DNA of 64,000 nucleotides from Alphaproteobacteria bacterium (GTDB lineage Bacteria; Pseudomonadota; Alphaproteobacteria; UBA828): NCBI GenBank assembly GCA_965221125.1, contig CBDCRW010000004.1, positions 1 to 64,000 of the forward strand, read 5' to 3'. Shown piece by piece: positions 20,573 to 30,511 of this stretch (position 1 is its first letter; each line of letters starts with the position of its first letter). The notes under the pieces were generated by a model. It saw only the letters and a program-made list of their open reading frames with translations, ran no database searches and was not told where the DNA came from. The position numbers and the translations under genes were made by a program.

Positions 20573-23500
20573 ATGATGACCGATCGAGACCGGACCGCGG
20601 GAACACCCGCATCGCACACCCCCACGGATCGTCTGCGGCGTCCCTCCCATGGCGGCATGGCGAGGTTCCGGGCCTGGCTCGGCGCCCGGGCCGGTGCCGG
20701 ATGCGGCTTGCGAGCCCTGCTGCCGGCCTTGTTCGCATTCCTGCTGCTGGCCGGGTGGACGCCCGAGGCCGGAGCGCAGAGCCTCACCGCAAACCCCAGC
20801 TTCGTCTGCCAGGGCCAGACGGTTGACGTAGTCATCTCCGGTCCGTCTAACACTTCACACGAATTTGAATTTGTGGCTGGATCCGGAACCGCGACTCCAG
20901 GAACCCACTTCAAATTCCTGAATTCGGACGGCACGGAATTCTCAAGTCACAGCAACATAAATGTGACCTCGGACTCGGATGGCGACTTTACCCTGCGGAT
21001 TCAGAACATCAGTGCCGATGGGGACGCAGATTATGAAGATTCCATCTCCAGCTACGATGATTTCAGAATCGAGTTTCATCCCTCCACGCATGCCGACTGC
21101 GCTGCCGCCTCTGACGGCGTCACCATCTCCCCGACCTCGCTCGCCCTGACGGAGCTTGGCTCGTCGAGCACCGTGGAGAAGACCTACACGGTGGTGCTCG
21201 ACACCGACCCGGGCGTCGATGTCACGATCACGGCGACCAACGGCGACACGTCGGCCGTCGAGGTGGACACCAATTCCGGCACGACCGGCAACCAGAACAC
21301 CCTGACCTTCACGGCGGGCGGTGACGGCTCCGGCTCGGGCGCGGGCAACGGCAACTGGGGCACGGCGCAGACGGTGACGGTGCGGGCGCTGAACGACACC
21401 GACAGCGCGAACGAGTCCTTCAGCATCACGCACGCGGCGACCGCGGCGAGCGGCGCCTACAACGGCATCACGGTCACCCCGGTGGCGGTGACCACCACGG
21501 ACGCCGGCCACGGCGTGGTGGTGTCGAAGTCGAGCCTGTCGGTGGCGGCGAACGACGAGACGGACACCTACACGGTGGTCCTCAAGAGCCGGCCCTCGGG
21601 CAACGTGGTGATCTCCGCCACTTCGGGCGCGACGGCGCGGGCGACGGTCTCCCCCGGCACGCTCACCTTCGGCACTTCCGACTGGATGACGCCGAAGACG
21701 TTCACGGTGACCGGCAAGGGCGCGGGCTCCACTTCCATCAGCCACGCGGTCCAGTCCTCGGCCGACACGACGAACTACCCGACCACGACGACGATTCCCG
21801 CCGTGTCGGTCACGGTGACGGCGGATACGCGGCAGGTGCTGGACCTTTCGTTCAACCAGGCCGCACAATCTGAGGGCGGCAGCGCCACCCTGACCGTCAC
21901 CGCCACCGGCGGCACCGGCAGCCCGTTGGTTGCGGGCGGCACCTCGCTGCTGACCTTCTCGGGCGACGGCATCGCGTCTTCGGACTATTCATTCATTACG
22001 AGCTCCAGCCTAGTCCTGTTTGGAGGCCCGCCCCCTTCCTTGGGTATCGGCATCAGCCTCGCCAACGACAACGTCGACGAGCCGAACGAGACGCTGGTCG
22101 TCGGCCTGCAGAACCTGCCGGCCGGCTACCGGGCGGGCACGACCGCCTCGGTCACGATCGTCGACCGGACCCCCACCACGGTGACCCTGGCGGGCGGCGG
22201 CACGGTGACGGAGGACGGCACGAACTCCGCGGACGTCACGGTGACGCTGAGCCGCAACCTGGTGGCCGGGGAGACGGTGACCGTGCCGCTGGCGATCACG
22301 GGCACCGGCATCGCGGCGGGGGATTACACGATCGTGCCGGCGCCGGGATCGAGCCTCAACCGGGGCGTGACGCTGGACACCTCGAACCCGCACAGCGCGG
22401 CGCAGCCGGCGGTGGTGTTCACGGGCCATGGCACGAACACGGTCCAGGTGGCGACGCTCCGGGTGACGGCGGTGCAGGACAACACGGACGAGGGCGCGTC
22501 GGAAGCGCTGGCCGTGGGCTTCGGCAGCGGCAACCGGGCGGTGACGAGCAGTCTCGACCGCGTCTCGGGCACCGGCACGACCGGCACCACGACGGCGGGC
22601 ACGGCGACGGTGACGATCACCGACGACGACAGCACGGCGGTTCCGGAGGTCTCGATGGCGCTGCAGACCGGCGAGACCTCGAATCGCAACACCGCCGGGC
22701 AGCTGGAGCTTGTCGAGGCCGGGGGCACGGCCGGGGCGGTGTTCAACCTCAGCGCCGACAGCGTATTGGCCTCGACCCTGACGGTGTGCCTGCGGGTGAC
22801 CGAGACCGGCGGCGACCTGGTGGCCGCGGCCGCGGAGGGCATCCGGACGGCCACGCTGACGAGCAGCGGCAACACCAACGGCGCCGGCATCTACACGCTC
22901 ACCTGGGCGGACGACACGGCTGACGAGCGGAACAGCGTGGTGACGGCGACGCTGGTGGCGCCGGAGACGGTGGGCTGCTCGGCCGCGAACGGGTCCTACA
23001 CGGTGGCGTCGGCGATGGCGTCGGACGCGGTGTTCATCGAGGACGACGACGCGACGACGGTCCGGCTCACGAGTTCCGACACGAGCATGGCGGAGGGCGA
23101 CGCCTCGGCGACCGCGACGCTGACGTTCACGCTCGGGCGGCAGCTTCATGCGGACGAGGCCGTCGTCGTGCCGTTCACGCTGACGACGACGACGGGGGCG
23201 CGGCTGCCGGGCAATGCGACGCCGGACTTCGCGGTGACGGCGGCGGGAACCGGCGTAACCATCGCGAACGCGACCACGGCGGCCCCGTCGCTCACCTTCA
23301 CCGGCCACGGCACGGACACGGTGCGGACGGCGACGGTGACGCTGACGCCGGTGGCGAACCGGGACGACGGCGACACGGCGCGCGAGGAGATCACGGCGAC
23401 GCTGGCGGCCGACAGCGTGCTGGGCTCGACCGCGGGCTCCGGCACCACCGTCGGGGGCGGCGCCATGCGCCACGGGACGGACTTCGCGGTCGACCTGACG

Positions 23501-26500
23501 CTGGAGGACGACGACGCGCCCCCGGCCAGCACCAACGAGCTGACGCTCACGCTCTCCTCGGCCTCGGCCCCGGAGGGACGGCGCACGCGCGACGTCACCG
23601 TGACGGTCGCCAAGCCCGCGGGGTCGGTGGCGGTGACCTACCGGCTGTGCTTCTCCGGCACCGCGACCCTGGACGAGGACGGCACGCAGGCCGCGGGGGA
23701 GGACTACCGGATCATCAACGAAGCCGGCAGCGTCCAGACGCTGTTCGGCTCGGGGAGCCTCGCGGGCTGCGCCGGCACCGGTAACATCGCCTTCCGTACG
23801 GGCGTGGACAGCCATACCTGGAAGATCCGGGTGTTCGGCGACACCGCCGAGGAGGCCGACGAGACGGTGGTGGTGACGCTCTCCGAGGGCGGGACCCCGC
23901 TGCCGAACGGCTGGTCGATATCCTCGGCGGACAACCCCGCGACGCACACGATCGTCAACGACGACGCGCCGCCGCACGTCACGCTGCATGCCGTGGACCC
24001 GGTCGCGGTGGAGGGCAGCAGCACCAACACCGCCGCCATCGAGGTGCGCCTGAGCGGCGCGCTCGACACCGGGCGCACCCTGACGGTCAATCTGGAGACG
24101 CACACCGACATCTGGGGGCCCGTCAGTCTGGACGGGTCGCCGGCGGGGGTTACCTACTCGAGCCCCTTGACCCGGCAGCACCGGCTGGTGTTCACGGGGC
24201 CGGGCGCCCCCACCCGGGCAAGGCTCAAGCTTGCCGCCAGCGCCAACACCGTGGACGGCGACGGGCCCCGGAGCCGCAACCCCTCCGTGGTGGCGCTGCA
24301 CGCCGACACCGTGAGCGGCGACGGCCTCCGGAGCCGCGACCACTATGTGGAGCTGACCGGCGTGACGGGCTATTCCGGCGCCACCGTGGACAGCCGGAAG
24401 GCGAGCCGGCAGTTCCTGCAGGTCATCGACAGCGCGTCCGCCGCGGGCCACGACGTGAGGTTGCAGGTGTATTCCGAGCCCGTGTACCGCACAAACGGCA
24501 CGAGACGCAGGCCCGGGGAGGGCGACACCGCGGTGCTCATGGTCTCCGCCGGCGGCGGCAGGCCGGTGTCGGTGACCGTCGCGGTGCAGCCGGTCACCGC
24601 GGACTTCGCCGACCTCGGCCGCGCGAGCGAGGGCGGCTACCTCAGCGTCGACAACCGTTACCCCGAGAAGGCGACGGGCTGGGTCGGCTATCAGGGACGC
24701 GACGGGGAACAGGGCCTCGACCTCTACACGGTGAGCATCCTGAACAAGTCCGCGCCCACCGTGTTCATGCAGATCCCCATCGTCGACGACGGCCTCAGAG
24801 AGGGGCCGGAGACCTTCCGGGCGTTCATCTACCGCACCCCGCCCGGCTACAGCACGGGCGGCGGCTTGTCGGGCACGCGGGTGTCGACCGTCGAGTTCAC
24901 CATCCCCGCGAGCGACGGGGGCATGCCCCTGAACGCGGCCGCGGTCGAGGTCCCTACCGCGCAGGTGGCGAACCTGAAGGTGACGAAGGTCGATGCGAGC
25001 ACCGCCTCGGCGCGCTGGGACGCGGTCGCGCACGCCACCGGCTACGAGGTGGAGTGGGACGCGCTCGACGGCAACGGGCAGTCGATCGCCGGCGGCCTCC
25101 ACGCCGGCGTGACCGGCACGACGCTGACGATCGAGCACCAGGCGCCGGGGGCGGCGTCGCTCAGGGTGACGGTGGCGCCGGAACATGTCGACGGCAACGG
25201 CGACACGCAGGTGCTGTCCGGCCTCGCGGCGACTGTAACGCTCGACCTGTCGACGCCGCAGTCCGCGCAGGCGGATTCGCTCCAGGCGGGCGCGGCGTCC
25301 TGCGATCTCGCGTCGGTGAAGGCGGACGTGAACCGCTACATCCTGGAGACGCAGTACGGCACGGCGCATGTGGCGCGCTGGAAGAAGGCGCTGGCCGGTC
25401 TGAACCGCGAGACCGGCGGCATGACCGCGGCCGGGGCGCGGCAGATGAAGGCGAAGTATTCGCCGGGCCGCTGGCAGCCGGTGGTCGACGGCCTCGACTG
25501 CCTGGAGAAGGCCGCGCAGCCGGAGACGCCGGCGGCGGTCCCCGAGCTCAGCCTCGCGGCCGGTCCCGCCGTGGACGAGGGCGGCAGCGCCACCTTCACC
25601 GTCCATGCCGACCCGGCGCCGGCGGCGGAGCTGACCGTGGCCTTCACCGTCGCCCAGAGCGGCGAGTACCTGGACGCGCCCGGCGCGGGCAGCCGGCAGG
25701 TGACGCTGGCGGCGGGCGCGGCGAGCGCCACGCTCGCCATCGCCACGGCCGACGACGGGGCCAATGAGGCGGACGGCTCGGTGAGCGTCACGCTCGATGC
25801 CGGCGCGGGCTACACCCTGGCGGCCGGCAAGGCGGCCGCGAAGGTCGCGGTGAGGGACAACGACACGCCGGCGGTCAGCATCGCCGCCGGGAGCGGGGTG
25901 ACGGAGGGCACGGCAGCCGCGTTCACCCTCACGGCGAACCCGGCGCCGCATGCCGACCTGACGGTGACGCTGGCGGTGACCCAGAGCGGGGACTTCGCGG
26001 CTTCCGGCCAGACCGGCGCGCGGGAGGTGGTGATCCCGGCCGGGGGCAGCGCGGCCTTCGAGGTCGCGACGGTGAACGACAGCGCCGACGAGCCGGACGG
26101 CTCGGTCACGGCAACCGTCGGGGCCGGAACCGGCTACGCGGTGGCGGCCTCGCCGGACGACACGGCCTCGGTGGCGGTGGCCGACGACGATGCGGCGCCG
26201 GCGGCGCCCGCGCTCTCCATCGGCGATGTGAGGGCCAATGAGGGCGACGGGTTCATGTGGTTCACGGTCACGCTGAGCCCGGCCTCGGACCGTGCGGTAT
26301 CGGTCGACTACCGGACCCGGGAGTCGAACCCGGTCTCGGCGCGCAGGAACAGCGACTTTCTCCAGATCGATTTCGGGGGGGTCACGTTCAGTCCGGGCGA
26401 GACGAGCAAGCGGTTCTGGGTCTACCTGTTCGACGACAACCACGACGAGGATCCGGAGACCTTCGAGGTCGCGCTGTCGAGCCCGACGGGCGGTGCGAGG

Positions 26501-28150
26501 ATCGCCGACGGGGTTGCGGTCGGGACCATCGTCAACGACGACCCGATGCCGGCGGCGTGGCTGGCGCGCTTCGGTCGCACGGTGGCCGAGCAGGCGCTCG
26601 ACGGCATCGCGGGGCGCATCGCGGCGCCGCGCGAGGCCGGTGCCCAAGGCACGATTGCCGGGCAGGCGCTGAACCTCGGCGGGGGCGGCAGTCCCGATGG
26701 GGCCGGCGCGGCGAACGACCCCGGATCGCTGTCCGGGGCAGGCAACGCGGCCATCGCCGGCGTCGAAGGCGCCGGGCCGCTGGCGCTTTCCGGCCTCGAC
26801 GCTTCCGCCGGTCGCTTCGGCCCTGCCGGCTTCGGGGCTGGCTTCGGCCATGACACTCACGGCTTCGGCCAGGGATTGGCGCAATCCCGCACCATGACCG
26901 GTCTGGAAGCGCTGCTGGGATCGAGCTTCACGGCGACGGGGGAGACCGACGCCACCGGCGGCAGCCTCGCCTTCTGGGGCCGCGCGGCGCAGTCCTCCTT
27001 CGACGGCAGGGAGGGCGCCTTCTCGCTCGACGGCGAGGCGACCACCGCCATGCTGGGCGCGGACTATGCGCGCGGCAGGTGGCTGGTCGGGCTCGCGCTG
27101 ATGCAGAGCAGCGGCGAGGGCGGCTATGCCGATACCGGAACGGGGTCCGTGCGCTGCCCGCAGGACCTGGACGCGGAGATGCGGGAGGTCGTGTGCAACG
27201 GCGCGGTGCGCGAGGGCGACGGCGACGTGGAAGCGTCGCTGACGGCGGCGGTTCCCTACGCGGCCATCCAGGCGTCGGAACGGCTCCGGCTCTGGGGCGC
27301 CGCCGGCTACGGCACAGGCGAGGTCACGCTGAAGCCCGAGGTGGGCGGCTCGCTCAGCTCCGACCTCTCCTGGAGCATGGCCTCGGCCGGCGTGCGCGGC
27401 GACCTGCTGGCGCCGCCGGGTAGCAGCGGTCCGGCGCTGGCGCTGACCGCGGACGGGCTCTGGGCGCGGACCTCGTCCGAGAAGACGCACGAGCTTGCGG
27501 CGTCGGAGTCCGACGTGACCCGTCTGCGCCTGGGTCTCGAAGGCAGCTACCGCATCGCGCTTGAGGAAGGCGGGCACGTGACGCCGAAGCTGGAGGTGGG
27601 CGCGCGCCATGACGGCGGCGACGCCGAGACCGGCTTCGGGGTCGAGGTGGGCGGCGGGCTGGTCTGGAGCGACCCGACCCTGGGGCTCAGCCTCGACCTC
27701 TCGGGCCGCACGCTGGTCTCCCACAGCTCGGACGACCTGGAGGACCGGGGCTTCGCGGCCTCGCTCGCCTTCGATCCGAACCCGGCGACGAAGCGGGGGC
27801 CGTCCTTCAGCCTGCGCCAGGACTGGGGCGGCTCGGCCGAGGGCGGGCTCGACGCGCTGTTCCGCGCCGACCCGCTCGCCGACCGCACGGGAAGCGCCGA
27901 GCCGGAGAGCCGCTGGCAGGCGGAGGCGGCGTACGGCTTCCCGGCCTTCTCGGGGCGGTATGTCGGCAGCCCGCATGTGGGCTTCGGGCTCGCCACGGGC
28001 GCGCGCGACTGGACCCTCGGCTGGAGATTGACGCCGGCGGCGAATGACAACGTCGCCGACATCTCCTTCGGCCTCAAGGCGACGCGGCGCGAGAGCGACA
28101 CGGCGGCGCCGGAGCACACGGTCGGGTTCGAAGTGAACGCCCGTTGGTGA
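20573..28150 (+). CDS. Giant autotransporter adhesin (~2500 aa) with Calx-beta/Ig/Fn3-like repeats
   Basis: Signal ..LLLAGWTPEAGAQ, many Calx-beta motifs (NDNVDEPNET, DDNHDEDPETFEVALS, GTIVNDD), Fn3-like ARWDAVAHATGYEVEW, linker AWLARFGRTVAEQ, and a beta-barrel ending in VNARW. Confidence 0.85.
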   Translation: MMTDRDRTAGTPASHTPTDRLRRPSHGGMARFRAWLGARAGAGCGLRALLPALFAFLLLAGWTPEAGAQSLTANPSFVCQGQTVDVVISGPSNTSHEFEFVAGSGTATPGTHFKFLNSDGTEFSSHSNINVTSDSDGDFTLRIQNISADGDADYEDSISSYDDFRIEFHPSTHADCAAASDGVTISPTSLALTELGSSSTVEKTYTVVLDTDPGVDVTITATNGDTSAVEVDTNSGTTGNQNTLTFTAGGDGSGSGAGNGNWGTAQTVTVRALNDTDSANESFSITHAATAASGAYNGITVTPVAVTTTDAGHGVVVSKSSLSVAANDETDTYTVVLKSRPSGNVVISATSGATARATVSPGTLTFGTSDWMTPKTFTVTGKGAGSTSISHAVQSSADTTNYPTTTTIPAVSVTVTADTRQVLDLSFNQAAQSEGGSATLTVTATGGTGSPLVAGGTSLLTFSGDGIASSDYSFITSSSLVLFGGPPPSLGIGISLANDNVDEPNETLVVGLQNLPAGYRAGTTASVTIVDRTPTTVTLAGGGTVTEDGTNSADVTVTLSRNLVAGETVTVPLAITGTGIAAGDYTIVPAPGSSLNRGVTLDTSNPHSAAQPAVVFTGHGTNTVQVATLRVTAVQDNTDEGASEALAVGFGSGNRAVTSSLDRVSGTGTTGTTTAGTATVTITDDDSTAVPEVSMALQTGETSNRNTAGQLELVEAGGTAGAVFNLSADSVLASTLTVCLRVTETGGDLVAAAAEGIRTATLTSSGNTNGAGIYTLTWADDTADERNSVVTATLVAPETVGCSAANGSYTVASAMASDAVFIEDDDATTVRLTSSDTSMAEGDASATATLTFTLGRQLHADEAVVVPFTLTTTTGARLPGNATPDFAVTAAGTGVTIANATTAAPSLTFTGHGTDTVRTATVTLTPVANRDDGDTAREEITATLAADSVLGSTAGSGTTVGGGAMRHGTDFAVDLTLEDDDAPPASTNELTLTLSSASAPEGRRTRDVTVTVAKPAGSVAVTYRLCFSGTATLDEDGTQAAGEDYRIINEAGSVQTLFGSGSLAGCAGTGNIAFRTGVDSHTWKIRVFGDTAEEADETVVVTLSEGGTPLPNGWSISSADNPATHTIVNDDAPPHVTLHAVDPVAVEGSSTNTAAIEVRLSGALDTGRTLTVNLETHTDIWGPVSLDGSPAGVTYSSPLTRQHRLVFTGPGAPTRARLKLAASANTVDGDGPRSRNPSVVALHADTVSGDGLRSRDHYVELTGVTGYSGATVDSRKASRQFLQVIDSASAAGHDVRLQVYSEPVYRTNGTRRRPGEGDTAVLMVSAGGGRPVSVTVAVQPVTADFADLGRASEGGYLSVDNRYPEKATGWVGYQGRDGEQGLDLYTVSILNKSAPTVFMQIPIVDDGLREGPETFRAFIYRTPPGYSTGGGLSGTRVSTVEFTIPASDGGMPLNAAAVEVPTAQVANLKVTKVDASTASARWDAVAHATGYEVEWDALDGNGQSIAGGLHAGVTGTTLTIEHQAPGAASLRVTVAPEHVDGNGDTQVLSGLAATVTLDLSTPQSAQADSLQAGAASCDLASVKADVNRYILETQYGTAHVARWKKALAGLNRETGGMTAAGARQMKAKYSPGRWQPVVDGLDCLEKAAQPETPAAVPELSLAAGPAVDEGGSATFTVHADPAPAAELTVAFTVAQSGEYLDAPGAGSRQVTLAAGAASATLAIATADDGANEADGSVSVTLDAGAGYTLAAGKAAAKVAVRDNDTPAVSIAAGSGVTEGTAAAFTLTANPAPHADLTVTLAVTQSGDFAASGQTGAREVVIPAGGSAAFEVATVNDSADEPDGSVTATVGAGTGYAVAASPDDTASVAVADDDAAPAAPALSIGDVRANEGDGFMWFTVTLSPASDRAVSVDYRTRESNPVSARRNSDFLQIDFGGVTFSPGETSKRFWVYLFDDNHDEDPETFEVALSSPTGGARIADGVAVGTIVNDDPMPAAWLARFGRTVAEQALDGIAGRIAAPREAGAQGTIAGQALNLGGGGSPDGAGAANDPGSLSGAGNAAIAGVEGAGPLALSGLDASAGRFGPAGFGAGFGHDTHGFGQGLAQSRTMTGLEALLGSSFTATGETDATGGSLAFWGRAAQSSFDGREGAFSLDGEATTAMLGADYARGRWLVGLALMQSSGEGGYADTGTGSVRCPQDLDAEMREVVCNGAVREGDGDVEASLTAAVPYAAIQASERLRLWGAAGYGTGEVTLKPEVGGSLSSDLSWSMASAGVRGDLLAPPGSSGPALALTADGLWARTSSEKTHELAASESDVTRLRLGLEGSYRIALEEGGHVTPKLEVGARHDGGDAETGFGVEVGGGLVWSDPTLGLSLDLSGRTLVSHSSDDLEDRGFAASLAFDPNPATKRGPSFSLRQDWGGSAEGGLDALFRADPLADRTGSAEPESRWQAEAAYGFPAFSGRYVGSPHVGFGLATGARDWTLGWRLTPAANDNVADISFGLKATRRESDTAAPEHTVGFEVNARW

Positions 28151-28243
28151 GGCATGGCATGGGCCGATGACCGCGCGCCGGAGCGGAGACCGTTCGATGC
28201 GGCCTCCGCTCCGGCGGCGGCGCCCGATCCCGGCGGCTGAGCC

Positions 28244-28953
28244 GTGGCGCGTCGGGTCGGCGGATGGGACGCGGTGCGGGCCTGGCGCTTCATCCGCGCG
28301 AGCAGGGCCTATCGCAACGCCTGGGCGAGGCGCCGCCATCTCTCCGGCCTGCCGGAGCGGGCGCCCTTCCCGGTGCGCCTCCAGACCGCCGCCGATCTCG
28401 CCGCCGCGGCCTGGGGCATGGCGGCCTTTGAAGATCCTTATGCGGAACTTCCGCTCGCGCCCTTCTGGACGCATGCCGGGGTGATCGACGGCCGGGTGAC
28501 GCGCGATGCGCCGCCGCTGGTCCGGCTCGCGGCCGAGGGCGGGGCGACGCTTGACGGGCTCCGCCTCGCCGACGGCGCTCTGATGCTCCGGATCGAGCGT
28601 CCGGGCGTGTCGGTCCCGGTCCGTCTGCCGCGCGGCGCCGTCTTTCCCGACGATGGCGGGCTGCGCCTCGTCCTGGAGCGGGAGGTGGCCGCCATCGAGG
28701 ACGTCTGGGCGGGGTTCCCGGCCCCTCGATCGGGGCGGGCACGGGGGACGGGGACGCTGAGCTGCTGCTGGCGCTGGAAAGCGAGGCGGAGGGGCTTACG
28801 CGGCGCAAGATCGCGGTGCGGCTCTGGGGCCTGGAGCGGGTCGCGGAGGAGTACTACGAAGGCAGCTGGATGCATACCCGCGTCAAGCGCCGCCGGGCGC
28901 GGGCGAAGGCGATCCTGAAACAGTATCGCGACATGGCGACCGGGAAGAAGTAA
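28244..28953 (+). CDS. FseA-like (DUF6499/DUF2285) activator split over two frames (-1)
   Basis: Frame A: AWRFIRASRAYRNAW...WG...EDP...PFW. Frame B has no own start: LLLALESEAEGLTRRKIAVRLWGLERVAEEY..SWMHTRVKRR..YRDMA, stop at 28951-28953. Confidence 0.65.
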
Positions 28954-29528
28954 ACCACAGGCTGCGTGCCGATTTCGTGAGATTCGGGAGGCCGCGCTGC
29001 GGTGCTTTACGGGCGCGCCGATTGCCGAACTGCCGGTGAGGCGAAGCGGACCCCGCCTGCCCGACTGCCGTCCTCCCCGCCGCACGCCCGGACCGCCGCG
29101 ACCGCCGGGGACGGTCGTCGCCGGGTGCATTCCGTCCTTGATCGTCCTGGCCTATCGAACGTCACCGTCGCACTCGCCCGGCAACTGCGGACGGTCACGC
29201 CGGGCGCCGGGCATCCACCGCCGATTCTCAATGTAGCCGGCGATTCCCGCGCGGTCGCCGGCCCGGCCGATGGTCGGAGCCGTTCGCGCCGGATCCGCGC
29301 GGCGCGCATCCTGGTGACGAACCTGCGGGCCGAGATGCTCGAAGACGGCCGGGAGGACGAGCTGAACGAGCTCATCGCGGACGCCCGCGCGGCGCAGGAC
29401 AGGTTGCTGAACGGCCCCTCCGGGTGACGCCCGCAGGGTCCATCACCGGCTTGCAGGAAGGCCGGCGCATTCCGCCGGAGACAGGCGCACCTGGCGCGCA
29501 CCGGCGGCGAGGACCGGCTGAGACGGGC

Positions 29529-29716
29529 GCTGCTCCAGAGAATTTCCGGCCAGAATCCGCGGTTCTCCGGGGAACCCCGGGCCGGATTCGACGCTTCCCT
29601 GGAGAACCTCTGCCCGGCCGTGACGATTCTCCAGGGAACCGCGAAGAAAAAACTTCCACGATTCCAGCGGCTTGACGACGGTTCTCTGGAGAACCCGCGC
29701 GGTTCTCCGGAGAAGC
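29529..29716. repeat. Array of six 16-bp imperfect palindromes, consensus GGTTCTCYRGAGAACC
   Basis: Copies start at 29529, 29561, 29593, 29625, 29680 and 29701. Confidence 0.85.
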
Positions 29717-29990
29717 GACTCGGTCAAACAAGAAGGTGGCGTCCAACGGCGCCGGAAATCCTCCCAAGTCGTTGAAAATGCAGGCTCTGCGCACGCACGC
29801 GCCCTCTGCATCATCGATGCGTGGGGTGTGGAGCCGAAACGCCGAAGGGCGTCAAGATAGCCGGAAATCCGAGGGAGAGCGATGGGGAAATCGACGCCGG
29901 GGAACCCGGCGCGATGAAGCCGCCGCGGCGTGTGAGCGGCGGGGCGTGCCGACACGAACCGGGACGGTCGTGCCCGACGGAGCGGCGGCG

Positions 29991-30150
29991 GCATCGGCGG
30001 CGAGCGCCGCACCTGTTCGCCCGCGACTGCACCGGCCGATGCGGATGCCCATGACGGCGAAGCCGGCAGCGCATCGGCGGCGAGCGCCGCACCTGTTCGC
30101 CCGCGACTGCACCGGCCGATGCGGATGCCCATGACGGCGAAGCCGGCAGC
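29991..30150. repeat. Perfect 80-bp tandem duplication
   Basis: GCATCGGCGGCGAG...AGCCGGCAGC at 29991 and 30071. Confidence 0.95.
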
Positions 30151-30511
30151 GGCGACGGGCGCGACGATCGCGATGGCGATCGCCACCATGGCCGCCGGCG
30201 CAGGCAGCGGTGGGAAGCGCTCTGCCGCGCGGCGCGGCGGTCGCGCCGGCCAACGTGCATCGTGTCGTGCCTGGCCATCGGCGCAGTGGCCGACGCGCTC
30301 ATGCGCGGCATGGTGCGGAGGCGGCCGACGGGACGGGCGATCATGATGCCCGTCGCGATGTTCGTCGCGACGCTTGCGGCGGCGATCACGAGCAGGACGC
30401 GCAGCGTCCGCGAGGATGACGGCGCCGCCGCATCGCCGTCTGCGCGAAGAGTAACGGACCGCGCCGCCGTCCCGGTGCGGGGAAGACGACGCGGCCCGCG
30501 ATGCGTGCGGC

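Noticed and set aside
22010-28474. 2154-aa antisense ORF and similar long shadow ORFs (e.g. 43986-46628, 57875-61240, 17767-20934)
   Set aside because: Antisense or alternative-frame artefacts of high-GC coding DNA that overlap well-supported genes.
29529-29716. Mini-CRISPR
   Set aside because: 16-bp degenerate repeats with 16-bp or irregular spacers and no cas genes; fits protein-binding sites better.
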